Below, piece by piece: positions 28,503-37,702 of a DNA stretch of 64,000 bases. Origin of the DNA: Chitinophaga pinensis (lineage in GTDB: Bacteria > Bacteroidota > Bacteroidia > Chitinophagales > UBA10324); assembly GCA_945903305.1 (NCBI GenBank), contig CAMDOA010000007.1, positions 1,027-65,026 on the forward strand, given 5' to 3'. The notes beneath the pieces were generated by a model, which was not told the origin of the DNA, searched no databases, and saw only the letters and a list, made by a program, of their open reading frames with translations. Made by a program: the position numbers and the translations under genes. Position 1 is the stretch's first letter; the number at the start of each line of letters is the position of its first letter.

Positions 28503-28757
28503 ATGAAATGTCCTTTATGTAATACAGAACTTAAAATGAGTGAACGCAGTGGAATTGAAATTGACTACTGTCCGCAATGTCGAGGTGTATGGCTCGATAA
28601 AGGTGAACTGGATAAAATAATTGAGCGCTCCGGCTCTAGTTCAAATTTGCGCCAAAACCAAAATGACGATGAAAATGAAAACGACAATTACCGAAATGAT
28701 GAACCTAACAACCAACGAAGAGGCAATTCTTTTCTAGGAAACTTGTTTGATTTTTAA
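28503..28757 (+). CDS. TFIIB-type zinc-ribbon protein
   Basis: MKCPLCNTEL...IDYCPQCRGVWLDKGELDKIIE with a low-complexity tail ending FLGNLFDF. Confidence 0.75.
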   Translation: MKCPLCNTELKMSERSGIEIDYCPQCRGVWLDKGELDKIIERSGSSSNLRQNQNDDENENDNYRNDEPNNQRRGNSFLGNLFDF

Positions 28758-28769
28758 GAACACTTAGAT

Positions 28770-29414
28770 ATGATTGAAACATTTATAGATTATTTTTTAC
28801 ACCTCGACAAGCATTTACTAACCCTGGTAACTGATTACAAATCCTGGGTTTATCTCATCCTGTTTCTAATTATATTTTGCGAAACAGGTTTGGTAGTTGC
28901 TCCACTTTTACCGGGCGACTCGCTGCTTTTTGCGGCCGGAGCCCTTGCTGCATTAGGTGCAATAAATATTTGGCTGCTTATAATTATACTATGTGTAGCT
29001 GCAATTCTTGGCGACAGCCTTAACTACAGCATTGGAAAATTTATAGGCATAAAAGTTTTTGAAAAAAACTACAGATTCATTAATAAAAATCATCTGCTTA
29101 AAGCACAATCATTTTACGAAAAACACGGAGGAAAAACAATTGTTATTGCCCGATTCGTTCCGATTGTCCGAACATTCGCACCTTTTGTTGCAGGCATAGG
29201 CCGAATGAATTACAAGCACTTTATCACATTCAATATTTTAGGTGGAATTTTATGGGTGTTCATTTGCTCGTTTGCCGGTTATTTTTTCGGAAACATTCCG
29301 GTTATAAAGGAAAATTTTTCGATTGTAATAATTGTAATCATTCTTATTTCATTATTGCCAATTGTAATTGAATTTATTAAAACCCGATATTTAAAAACAC
29401 AACATGACAACTGA
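28770..29414 (+). CDS. DedA-family membrane protein
   Basis: 214 aa with PLLPGDSLLFAAG and HGGKTIVIARFVPIVRTFAPFVAG. Confidence 0.85.
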   Translation: MIETFIDYFLHLDKHLLTLVTDYKSWVYLILFLIIFCETGLVVAPLLPGDSLLFAAGALAALGAINIWLLIIILCVAAILGDSLNYSIGKFIGIKVFEKNYRFINKNHLLKAQSFYEKHGGKTIVIARFVPIVRTFAPFVAGIGRMNYKHFITFNILGGILWVFICSFAGYFFGNIPVIKENFSIVIIVIILISLLPIVIEFIKTRYLKTQHDN

Positions 29415-30330
29415 GTTATACTTCTGGATAGCCTTCATACTATTCGTACTAATAATGCTGGCGCTTGATCTTGGCGTATTTCACTGCAAATCTCATTCTG
29501 TATCATTTAAAGAATCACTTGCATGGACAATGGTTTGGATAGGTCTTGCCTTGTTGTTCAGTGTTGTTGTTTATTTCTGGAAAGGTCCCGATAAATCCAT
29601 TGAGTTTCTCACCGGTTATATTATTGAATTATCGCTCAGCATCGATAATTTATTTATTTTCATTTTAGTTTTCTCCTACTTCCATGTGCCACAACAATAT
29701 CAGCACAAAGTTTTGTTTTGGGGAATATTAGGCGCACTCATTATGCGTGTAATATTCATTTTTGCCGGAGTTGCACTCATCACTAAATTTCACTGGATTA
29801 TTTATGTGTTCGGAGCGATAATAATTTTTTCAGGAATAAAAATGCTGTTTCAAAAAGATAAAAAAATTGATCCTGAAAAAAATCCCATCATCCGATTCAT
29901 AAAAAAAATGTTGCCTGTAACAAATGAATTTCATGGAGATAAATTTTTTGTGCGAATTAAAAATGGCGCACTCGCCGCAACACCTCTTTTTATTGTGTTG
30001 GTGTTTGTTGAAATAACCGATTTAATCTTTGCAGTTGATTCCATCCCAGCTATACTCGCCATCACTACTGATACATTTATAGTATTTACTTCAAATGTAT
30101 TTGCCATTCTTGGTTTAAGGTCACTCTATTTTGCGCTCGCCGGGATGCTAAACTTGTTCCGCTTTCTACACATCGGACTTTCATTTATTTTAATATTTAT
30201 CGGGATTAAAATGGTTCTCTCCGATATTTACAAAGTACCGATTGAATATGCACTTTTTGCAGTAATTATTATTTTGCTTTCCAGTATTGCTGCCTCACTA
30301 ATTTTTAAAAAGAAACATGGTCCGCAATAA
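29404..30330 (+). CDS. TerC-family integral membrane protein
   Basis: 308 aa and polytopic. Paired TerC motifs are ELSLSIDNLFIF and EITDLIFAVDSIPAILAIT. It overlaps the DedA gene by 11 nt. Confidence 0.85.
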   Translation: MTTELYFWIAFILFVLIMLALDLGVFHCKSHSVSFKESLAWTMVWIGLALLFSVVVYFWKGPDKSIEFLTGYIIELSLSIDNLFIFILVFSYFHVPQQYQHKVLFWGILGALIMRVIFIFAGVALITKFHWIIYVFGAIIIFSGIKMLFQKDKKIDPEKNPIIRFIKKMLPVTNEFHGDKFFVRIKNGALAATPLFIVLVFVEITDLIFAVDSIPAILAITTDTFIVFTSNVFAILGLRSLYFALAGMLNLFRFLHIGLSFILIFIGIKMVLSDIYKVPIEYALFAVIIILLSSIAASLIFKKKHGPQ

Positions 30331-30501
30331 ACGAATTATGACCTGCAACTAACGGCAACCGAGGTGATTTTGGCAATTACACTTCGTATTGTTATTGCAA
30401 TCGTGATTTGGAGTTCAATACATTTCGATTACCGGTAAATGGATAAAAAACAAATGAAGAAATAAAGTGTAATTCCAATAGGTCATTCTAAAATAAACAA
30501 T

Positions 30502-31335
30502 ATGAAAATACTTGTTACAACCGATTTTTCAACCAACTCAAAAGGAGGGCTTCGCTTTGCTATTTCGTTGTCAAAACTTAATAAAGCGCAATTAATTTTT
30601 TTTCATTCTTGTTTTTTACCTAAACCTACAAGTTGGTCAGAAGCCACCTATGCGCTTTATGTAAAAAATGAAAAGCAAAAACTCCTTACCCGTTTGAACA
30701 AATTTGTTGAATCAGTTTACAAATCAATGAAAGTTTCTTCCGATAAAATCAAATGTGTCATTGAGCAGAGTATCATTCACGAAAGCAGCATTACGGAGTA
30801 CGCAAAAACTCATTCTATAGATTTCATATGCATGAGCACCCGTGGTGCAGGCTCGTTAAACAAAATTTTTGGAAATACAGCAGGCAACCTGATAACCAAA
30901 TCCCAGGTTCCTGTTATTGCGGTACCACAGCATTACAGAACAAAAAATTGTACTCATATTCTTTATGCATCTGACTTAAAAAATTATAAGCAGGAACTGA
31001 ATACAGTTATAGAATTTGCAAAACCCATCAAAGCAGCTGTAGAAGTTTTTCATCTCACTTTTCCGGGAGAAAAATTGATGGATGCTGGTGAAATAACAGC
31101 AAATCTGAAAAAACAATTTAAGTACAATATAAAATTGCTTTTTAAAAATAATGACTTCACCAAGCCGATTGTAACCAATTTGAAAAAAGCAATTGCTTCT
31201 TCAAATCCAATTGCAGTAGTGATGTTCACAGAACAGCGAAGAACATTTTTTCAGCAGTTATTTTTATCAAGCACCTCTGAAAGCCTTGCATTTCAAACAA
31301 AAATTCCCTTGGTAGTATTTAATAAAAACAAATAA
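30502..31335 (+). CDS. universal stress protein, tandem Usp domains
   Basis: 277 aa. MKILVTTDFS..., a G-rich ATP-loop region (MSTRGAGSLNKIFGNTAGNLI) and PVIAVP, followed by a second Usp-like half. Confidence 0.8.
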   Translation: MKILVTTDFSTNSKGGLRFAISLSKLNKAQLIFFHSCFLPKPTSWSEATYALYVKNEKQKLLTRLNKFVESVYKSMKVSSDKIKCVIEQSIIHESSITEYAKTHSIDFICMSTRGAGSLNKIFGNTAGNLITKSQVPVIAVPQHYRTKNCTHILYASDLKNYKQELNTVIEFAKPIKAAVEVFHLTFPGEKLMDAGEITANLKKQFKYNIKLLFKNNDFTKPIVTNLKKAIASSNPIAVVMFTEQRRTFFQQLFLSSTSESLAFQTKIPLVVFNKNK

Positions 31336-31338
31336 TTA

Positions 31339-32424
31339 ATGGACAACATAAAAGATTTTTTTGACATACTGCTCAATTCAGAAAAACTCATTGCATACGG
31401 AGGCTTAACCCTTTTGCTGTTAATCATCTTTGCTGAAACAGGATTGTTTTTCGGGTTTATTTTTCCGGGGGATGCATTGTTGCTTACATCCGGTTTGTTA
31501 TGCAGTACTGAAAATTTTGATGTGAATATTTTTCTTTTGCTTTTCAGTGTTACAGTAGTTGCTATACTTGGAAACAGCACCGGATATTTTACCGGAAAAT
31601 ATTTCGGTAAAAATTTATTTACAAAGAATGATTCTTTATTTTTTAAAAAGAAACACCTTGAAATTACCCGCAACTATTTTCATAAATATGGAGGTGCCGC
31701 ATTAATAGTCGGAAGATTTTTACCCATCGTAAGAACATTTGCCCCAATTATGGCCGGAGCGTCTGAAATAAGTTTTTTAAAATTTAGTTTTTACAATGTT
31801 CTGGGGGCATTTATTTGGGTATGGTCTTTAATTCCGCTTGGATTTTTTCTTGGCAGGCAATTTCCGCTTTTAATTAATGAGATAGAATATATTTTCCTGA
31901 TTGTTGCAGTAATAACTTCGGTGGTATTTATTATTGGATATTTAAAACAGAAAAGGAATATGCACGCCGCTGAAAATCAACAGCGGCAAAACGCAACAAT
32001 TGATCCGGTAAAACAAGAGCAATTTTTTTTAACGCTGATTAATAAAGTAAAAAAATTGGCAACAAAAAAGCTGTTTTGGAACACGATAGGTTTTATTTCA
32101 ATTGGCTTTGGTATAGTCGGATACATTGTACCACTAATGCCCGGGCTTGTTTTTTTTCTAATTGCTGCTTATTGCTTTTCACGCGGAAGTAAAAAATTTC
32201 TGTTCCGGCTTGCCCGCCATAAACATGTAGGGCAGCCTATTCGTGACTTTAGTAAAAAACGCGGTATATCAAAAAGGAATAAAGGAATATTATCCATTAC
32301 AGTTATTCCGGCAATTTTATTTAGTGCTTTAGTGATAGCCAATACATTGTGGTTAAAAATTACCATATGCGCAGTTGCAGTTATGGTGCTCAGCATCATT
32401 TGGCTGGCAAAAACAAAAAAATAA
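31339..32424 (+). CDS. DedA-family domain fused to a YbaN/DUF454-like domain
   Basis: The N-terminal half has FPGDALLLTSG and GGAALIVGRFLPIVRTFAPIMAG. The C-terminal half has IGFGIVGYIVPLMPGLVFFLIAAYCFSRGSKKF. Confidence 0.8.
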   Translation: MDNIKDFFDILLNSEKLIAYGGLTLLLLIIFAETGLFFGFIFPGDALLLTSGLLCSTENFDVNIFLLLFSVTVVAILGNSTGYFTGKYFGKNLFTKNDSLFFKKKHLEITRNYFHKYGGAALIVGRFLPIVRTFAPIMAGASEISFLKFSFYNVLGAFIWVWSLIPLGFFLGRQFPLLINEIEYIFLIVAVITSVVFIIGYLKQKRNMHAAENQQRQNATIDPVKQEQFFLTLINKVKKLATKKLFWNTIGFISIGFGIVGYIVPLMPGLVFFLIAAYCFSRGSKKFLFRLARHKHVGQPIRDFSKKRGISKRNKGILSITVIPAILFSALVIANTLWLKITICAVAVMVLSIIWLAKTKK

Positions 32425-32502
32425 ATTCAAATAAAATTTTCAACCAATTTATTACTTCAAATGATTTAAGTCGGAGAAATCTAAAAATAAAAAACAAATA
32501 GT

Positions 32503-33009
32503 ATGAGCAATAAAATTGAAACCGCATTTGAAAAAATAATTTTCGCCAGCCGATGGCTGCAAGCACCATTGTATGCCGGTCTGATTGTGGGCGCAATATT
32601 ATATGCATATAAATATGTTGTTGAACTCATACACCTGTGTATAACCATCAATTAAATTACTGAAACTGCTTTGATGCTTGGTATACTCACTTTGGTTGAT
32701 ATTACGATGGTGGCCAATCTGCTTATCATGGTTGTTATTGGTGGTTACTCAACATTTGTAAGTCGCATTGATATTGACAAGCACGAAGACAAACCGGAAT
32801 GGTTGCAAAAAATAGATGCGGGAACATTAAAAGTTAAGTTGGCCGGTGCGCTGGTAGGCATTTCAGGTATTCACCTGCTCATAACATTTATAAATATCAA
32901 GACTTATGAATCAGAAGAAATTATGTGGCAGGTAATCATTCATGTTGTGTTTTTATTGTCTTCGGTTATGCTAGCTTGGTCTGAAAGAATTTTACATCAC
33001 AAAAATTAG
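32503..33009 (+). pseudogene. YqhA/UPF0114-family membrane protein interrupted by an in-frame TAA at 32653-32655
   Basis: Hand translation from the ATG at 32503 gives MSNKIETAFEKIIFASRWLQAPLYAGLIVG...ELIHLCITIN-stop. The same frame continues ITETALMLGILTLVDITMVANLL..., which is the track ORF 32671..33009 (TTG start). Together they are collinear with E. coli YqhA as I recall it. Confidence 0.75.
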
Positions 33010-33063
33010 GGTATAAACATTTTTAATATTTTACTTAGTGAAAGAAACAAACTTACCAGATTC

Positions 33064-33885
33064 ATGAACCCGCAAGAGTTAATAAATAAATCGTCGAAAA
33101 AAATATGGCGGAAATGGTCAATCGCATTCAAAATATTACCCTTGATTATTTTGGTGGCTGCACTAAAATTTCTTTCTCATAAATTTGGATTTGAGATACT
33201 GGAACTGAATGCCCTTTTTACCAGCTTAGTGGCCGGAACCATTTTTCTCATTGGGTTTCTTATTAGCGGAGTGCTTTCTGATTACAAGGAAAGTGAAAAA
33301 ATTCCAAGTGAACTGGCTTCTACCATGAAATCATTATTTGACGATACCTACACAATCTTTAAAGCAAAAAATTCTGAAAATGCAAGTCAGTTTCTCACCT
33401 ATCAACAAACTTTTGTAAGTGCATTAATGAATTGGTTTTACAAGAAAGAAAGAACTCAATCTGTTTTAAATAAAGTTAGTTTGATGAATGATTATTTTGT
33501 TGAGCTTGATAAAGAGGGAGTTCAACCGAACTATATAATAAAAATGAAGAACGAACAAAACAACATTCGCAGAATGATAACAAGAATTGACACAATAAGA
33601 GATACCGAATTTGTGGGTTCGGCATATGCAATTGTTGAAGCCATGGGATTTTTAATTGCATTCGGGCTGCTCATTATAAATATTGAACCATTTTATGCGT
33701 CACTTTTTTTTACACTGCTTGTTACCTTCCTTATTTCCTATATGTTTTTATTAATCAAAGACCTCGATAATCCGTTTGATTATTCTGCAAAGGGTGAAAG
33801 CGGAACCGAAATTTCGTTAAAACCACTTCGCGATTTTGAAATTTCTTTTGATGACTTTTTAAACACTAACATCAAAAAAAATTAA
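33064..33885 (+). CDS. integral membrane protein of unknown function
   Basis: 273 aa with two N-terminal and two C-terminal hydrophobic helices. Family not recognised. Confidence 0.55.
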   Translation: MNPQELINKSSKKIWRKWSIAFKILPLIILVAALKFLSHKFGFEILELNALFTSLVAGTIFLIGFLISGVLSDYKESEKIPSELASTMKSLFDDTYTIFKAKNSENASQFLTYQQTFVSALMNWFYKKERTQSVLNKVSLMNDYFVELDKEGVQPNYIIKMKNEQNNIRRMITRIDTIRDTEFVGSAYAIVEAMGFLIAFGLLIINIEPFYASLFFTLLVTFLISYMFLLIKDLDNPFDYSAKGESGTEISLKPLRDFEISFDDFLNTNIKKN

Positions 33886-34074
33886 ACCTTGTTAATTAGC
33901 AAATTAGTTTTGTTTGCAATGAAACTACTTGCCTGACATTTTAGAGAAAGGTAATAAGTACAATAAATTTTAAAAGTGAAATCAATAATCTGAACCAACG
34001 GCTTGGATTTAAATAAATAAATTTCATCAATCAAAATATATATAACGAAAATAATTGAATTGCGGAAAAAATAG

Positions 34075-34962
34075 TCAACTGCCGGTTCTCATCTTACAAG
34101 CATTCATCGTGTTCATCATCAATGAAGCAATGGTCATTAATCCAACTCCGCCTGGAACAGGAGTTATGTAGCTGCACATGGGTGCTACTTCATTGAAAGC
34201 TACATCACCAACAATTCTGTATCCCGATTTTTTTGTTGTATCAGCTAAACGAGTAATGCCAACATCTATAACTATGGCACCATCTTTTACCATATCTGCT
34301 TTAACAAATTCAGCTTTACCGAGTGCAGCAATTAATATATCAGCTTGCAAGGTCATAGCTTTTAAATCCTTGGTGCGACTGTGGCAAATGGTAACAGTTG
34401 CATTTCCGGGCTGTGTGTTTTGCGCCATTAACAAGCTTATTGGTTTCCCAACAATATCACTTCTACCAATCACCACGCAATGCATTCCAGCTGTATTGAT
34501 TTTATATCGTTGCAGCATTAACCATATTCCATACGGAGTTGCGGCTACATGTGCAGGTAATCCTTTAACCATTCTACCAATATTTACCGGATGAAAACCA
34601 TCCACATCTTTCACAGGTGAAATGGCTTCGGTAATTTTCTCAACATCAATGTGTTTCGGTATGGGAAGTTGAACCAATATTCCATCAACATCATCATTAT
34701 TATTTAATCGCAGAACTTCATTCAATAAAATTTCTTCACTCACTGAATCATCAAAACGAATAAGTGTTGATTTGAATCCGATTTTTTCACAATGCTTTAC
34801 TTTACTTGCTACATAGGTTTCGGAGCCACCATCATGCCCGACAAGCACTGCAGCGAGGTGTGGAATTTTTTTATTCTCCGAAATTCTTTGCAGAATTTCC
34901 AATCTCAATTCTTCAATTATTTCTTGTGATACTTTTTTACCATCGAGTAATTCCATATTCAA
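34075..34962 (-). CDS. folD: bifunctional methylenetetrahydrofolate dehydrogenase/cyclohydrolase
   Basis: 295 aa with [37 protein letters not shown] and [10 protein letters not shown]. Confidence 0.92.
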   Translation of the reverse strand: MNMELLDGKKVSQEIIEELRLEILQRISENKKIPHLAAVLVGHDGGSETYVASKVKHCEKIGFKSTLIRFDDSVSEEILLNEVLRLNNNDDVDGILVQLPIPKHIDVEKITEAISPVKDVDGFHPVNIGRMVKGLPAHVAATPYGIWLMLQRYKINTAGMHCVVIGRSDIVGKPISLLMAQNTQPGNATVTICHSRTKDLKAMTLQADILIAALGKAEFVKADMVKDGAIVIDVGITRLADTTKKSGYRIVGDVAFNEVAPMCSYITPVPGGVGLMTIASLMMNTMNACKMRTGS

Positions 34963-34971
34963 ATTGTTAAA

Positions 34972-36762
34972 TCAATCATCAATTTTTAAAACTGCAAGGA
35001 AAGCAGACTGAGGAATCTCAACATTTCCAACTTGCTTCATTCGCTTCTTTCCTTCTTTTTGTTTTTCCAATAGTTTTCTTTTTCGCGAAATATCACCACC
35101 ATAACATTTTGCTGTCACATCTTTTCTCAAAGCACTGATAGTTTCGCGGGCAACTATTTTTTGACCAATGGCAGCCTGAATGGCTATTACGAATTGCTGG
35201 CGTGGCAATAACTCTTTCAACTTCACACAAATTTTACGACCGAATTCTTCTGCACGCACACGGTGTATCAAGGCGGAAAGAGCATCCACATTTTCACCAT
35301 TTAATTTTATATCCAGTTTCACTAAATCACTTTCACGAAAATCCAATGGATGATAATCGAAACTTGCATAACCGCGTGTGATTGATTTCAGTTTGTCATA
35401 AAAATCAAAAACGATTTCTGTCAACGGTAATTCAAAGGCTAATTCTACGCGCGAAGGAGTTAGATATGTTTGCCCTTTAAAAATTCCACGCTTATAAATA
35501 CACAAGTTAATAATTGCTCCAATGTATTCGGGCTTGCAAATGGTAGTTGCTTTAATCCATGGTTCTTCTACATGATCAATCATGGTAGGATCAGGAAAAT
35601 CGGTAGGATTATTTATCACTAATTTTTCACCGCGTGTTGTGTAAGCGAAGAAACTCACATTGGGAACAGTGGTAATCACATTCATGTTGAACTCACGATC
35701 CAATCGTTCCTGAATGATTTCTAAATGCAGCATACCAAGAAAGCCGCAACGAAAACCAAAACCAAGTGCGACTGATGATTCTGGCTCATATGTGAGCGAA
35801 GCATCGTTGAGTTTTAAACGATCAAGTGCATCGCGCATGTCTTCATAGTCATCTGTATCTATTGGATAAATTCCGGCGAACACCATGGGCTTCACCTCTT
35901 CAAAACCTTTAATCACTTCATCAGTTGGTCGTGCAGATAATGTAATAGTGTCACCCACTTTTATTTCTTTCGATTCCTTTATTCCGGTAATCACATATCC
36001 AACATCTCCGGTTTTAATAATCTCACGCGGCGATTTTTCCAGTAATAACACACCTACTTCTTCAGCAATATAATCTTGCCCGGTGTTGAAGAATTTTATT
36101 TTATCTCCTTTTTTTATTTCGCCATTAAATACTCTGAAGTACGCAATGATTCCACGAAATGAATTGAATACAGAATCAAAAATTAAAGCCTGTAACGGCG
36201 CTTCTTCTTTTCCGTTTGGTGCAGGAATGCGGGCAATAACTGCACGCAATATTTCATTCACTCCTTTTCCGGTTTTTCCGCTGGCGAGCATAATGTCTTC
36301 GCGCTTGCATCCAATGAGGTCAACAATCTGGTCCATGGTTTCTTCTACCATCGCACCTTCCATGTCAATTTTATTGACAACAGGAATTATTTCAAGATTA
36401 TTATCAATAGCCAAATAGAGATTCGAAATGGTTTGCGCCTGAATTCCCTGTGAAGCATCCACCAATAACAAGGCTCCTTCGCATGATGCAATGGCACGCG
36501 AAACTTCGTAACTGAAATCAACATGACCGGGAGTGTCAATCAAATTCAGAATATAATCTTCACCATCCTGATTATATTTCATTTGAATGGCGTGACTCTT
36601 AATGGTAATTCCTTTCTCGCGCTCCAAATCCATATCATCGAGCACTTGATTCATCATCTGTCGTTCGGTAATAGTTTTTGTCACTTCAAGTAGTCGGTCG
36701 GCAAGTGTACTTTTCCCATGATCAATGTGGGCGATAATGCAAAAGTTGCGGATGTTTTTCAT
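34972..36762 (-). CDS. lepA: translation elongation factor 4
   Basis: 596 aa with G-domain motifs [19 protein letters not shown] and NKID, plus the LepA C-terminal domain. Confidence 0.95.
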   Translation of the reverse strand: MKNIRNFCIIAHIDHGKSTLADRLLEVTKTITERQMMNQVLDDMDLEREKGITIKSHAIQMKYNQDGEDYILNLIDTPGHVDFSYEVSRAIASCEGALLLVDASQGIQAQTISNLYLAIDNNLEIIPVVNKIDMEGAMVEETMDQIVDLIGCKREDIMLASGKTGKGVNEILRAVIARIPAPNGKEEAPLQALIFDSVFNSFRGIIAYFRVFNGEIKKGDKIKFFNTGQDYIAEEVGVLLLEKSPREIIKTGDVGYVITGIKESKEIKVGDTITLSARPTDEVIKGFEEVKPMVFAGIYPIDTDDYEDMRDALDRLKLNDASLTYEPESSVALGFGFRCGFLGMLHLEIIQERLDREFNMNVITTVPNVSFFAYTTRGEKLVINNPTDFPDPTMIDHVEEPWIKATTICKPEYIGAIINLCIYKRGIFKGQTYLTPSRVELAFELPLTEIVFDFYDKLKSITRGYASFDYHPLDFRESDLVKLDIKLNGENVDALSALIHRVRAEEFGRKICVKLKELLPRQQFVIAIQAAIGQKIVARETISALRKDVTAKCYGGDISRKRKLLEKQKEGKKRMKQVGNVEIPQSAFLAVLKIDD

Positions 36763-36906
36763 AAGGGCGGCAAATATATATGGTGGGTGGCAGTAAGCAC
36801 TACCAAGCCGAAACTGTTAATGGATTTCTTCATTTGAATTATGCCAAAACAATTATTAATAAATTTTTAGAGCACTTTGTTTGTTTATAGAGTTAGTGTA
36901 TTAATC

Positions 36907-37272
36907 TCACATCCCCTCCGCAATTTTTTTAAGCTCTTCAATTTTATCGGGCGATAATTTTTTTATAATGGCATTCAGGTTAGCGCTGTCAACTTTCAGT
37001 TTCAAAGCTTGCAGCGGATGTGTGGGCTGGTCGAGGGCTTTATCTTTTGGTGTCCATATAAATAAATCGTTGGGAGTGCACCATAGTTTTTCGCATATCA
37101 TGGCCAGGTGGTGCATGGGCAGGCCGCGTTTAAACTTACCGTGCAATAATTTGTGCGCGGTGTTGTTTGATATGCCCTGCTTCATCATCCAACTTACCGG
37201 CTTGTCAATTCCTTTAGTCTTAAAAAAGGTTTGGAGGTTCAGCGTGAGCGTTTCTTTAGTGGTTGCGGGCAT
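36907..37272 (-). CDS. small helix-turn-helix (XRE-like) DNA-binding protein
   Basis: 121 aa. HTH-like segment ISNNTAHKLLHGKFKRGLPMHHLAMICEKLWCTPNDLF. A TACATTTG -7-type box (rc of 37302-37309) lies 30 nt upstream of the ATG. Confidence 0.65.
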   Translation of the reverse strand: MPATTKETLTLNLQTFFKTKGIDKPVSWMMKQGISNNTAHKLLHGKFKRGLPMHHLAMICEKLWCTPNDLFIWTPKDKALDQPTHPLQALKLKVDSANLNAIIKKLSPDKIEELKKIAEGM

Positions 37273-37337
37273 TAATCTTTATTGATTGTGAATTCAGGCA
37301 TCAAATGTATGCATTTGTTTAGTATTTGCGAGCATTA

Positions 37338-37535
37338 TTATAAATGGAAGCTAACACATTATAAATGCAATATAAACCTTTATAAATGTAAGATAATAAT
37401 TTATAAATGTAAGATAACTAATAATATCTTTAACATAAATATTACTAACTGTAATATAAATAATTATTAATGGAAGCTAATAAATTATATATGGAAACTA
37501 ATAAATGATATCTGTAAGATAACAAATGATAAATC
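37338..37535. repeat. tandem array of about nine 21-bp units, consensus TTATAAATGTAAGATAAtAAa
   Basis: Units start at 37338, 37359, 37380, 37401, 37422, 37443, 37464, 37485 and 37506, exactly 21 bp apart. Units 3 and 4 are near-identical; units 5 and 6 are degenerate. Confidence 0.85.
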
Positions 37536-37660
37536 TCCGCCGTTGTTGGTCGCCTGACCAACAATTAAAAGTAAGGTTGTATTAACCTACTGCTGTCAGG
37601 CAGCTACAGCAAAGGCAAACCCGCGTTCCGACAAACCCGCGAAGGCAAACCAGAGTGGGC
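37536..37660. other. GC-rich structured island (possible small RNA or processing/termination element)
   Basis: Perfect hairpin ttgttggtc-gcct-gaccaacaa at 37543-37564. A second stem is tgctgt...acagca. Three tandem units of about 15 nt lie at 37612-37655 (aaggcaaacccgcg / ttccgacaaacccgcg / aaggcaaaccagag). Confidence 0.35.
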
Positions 37661-37702
37661 TGTATTCTTTTCCTCCTAAAAAAACTATCGAAAAACGATA
37701 AA

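Noticed and set aside
29380-29420. yybP-ykoY (Mn) riboswitch in front of the TerC gene
   Set aside because: The TerC start overlaps the DedA CDS by 11 nt, so there is no leader to hold a riboswitch.
31293-31673. 126-aa minus-strand ORF spanning the Usp / DedA-YbaN junction
   Set aside because: It overlaps two well-supported plus-strand genes and has no motif, so it is a shadow ORF.
37282-37470. 62-aa ORF with heptad-like sequence (YKWKLTHYKCNINLYKCKIIIYKCKI)
   Set aside because: It is simply the translation of the 21-bp (7-codon) tandem repeat. No independent coding evidence exists, and it starts inside the HTH gene's promoter region.
37338-37535. Possible CRISPR array
   Set aside because: The 21-bp units are contiguous, with no unique spacers between them, and they degenerate gradually. 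No cas genes are in the window.
37536-37660. SRP (4.5S) RNA or 6S RNA in the GC-rich island
   Set aside because: Neither strand shows the SRP domain IV GGAA/AGCA symmetric-loop motifs or a 6S-like long bulged helix. It is kept only as an unclassified structured element.
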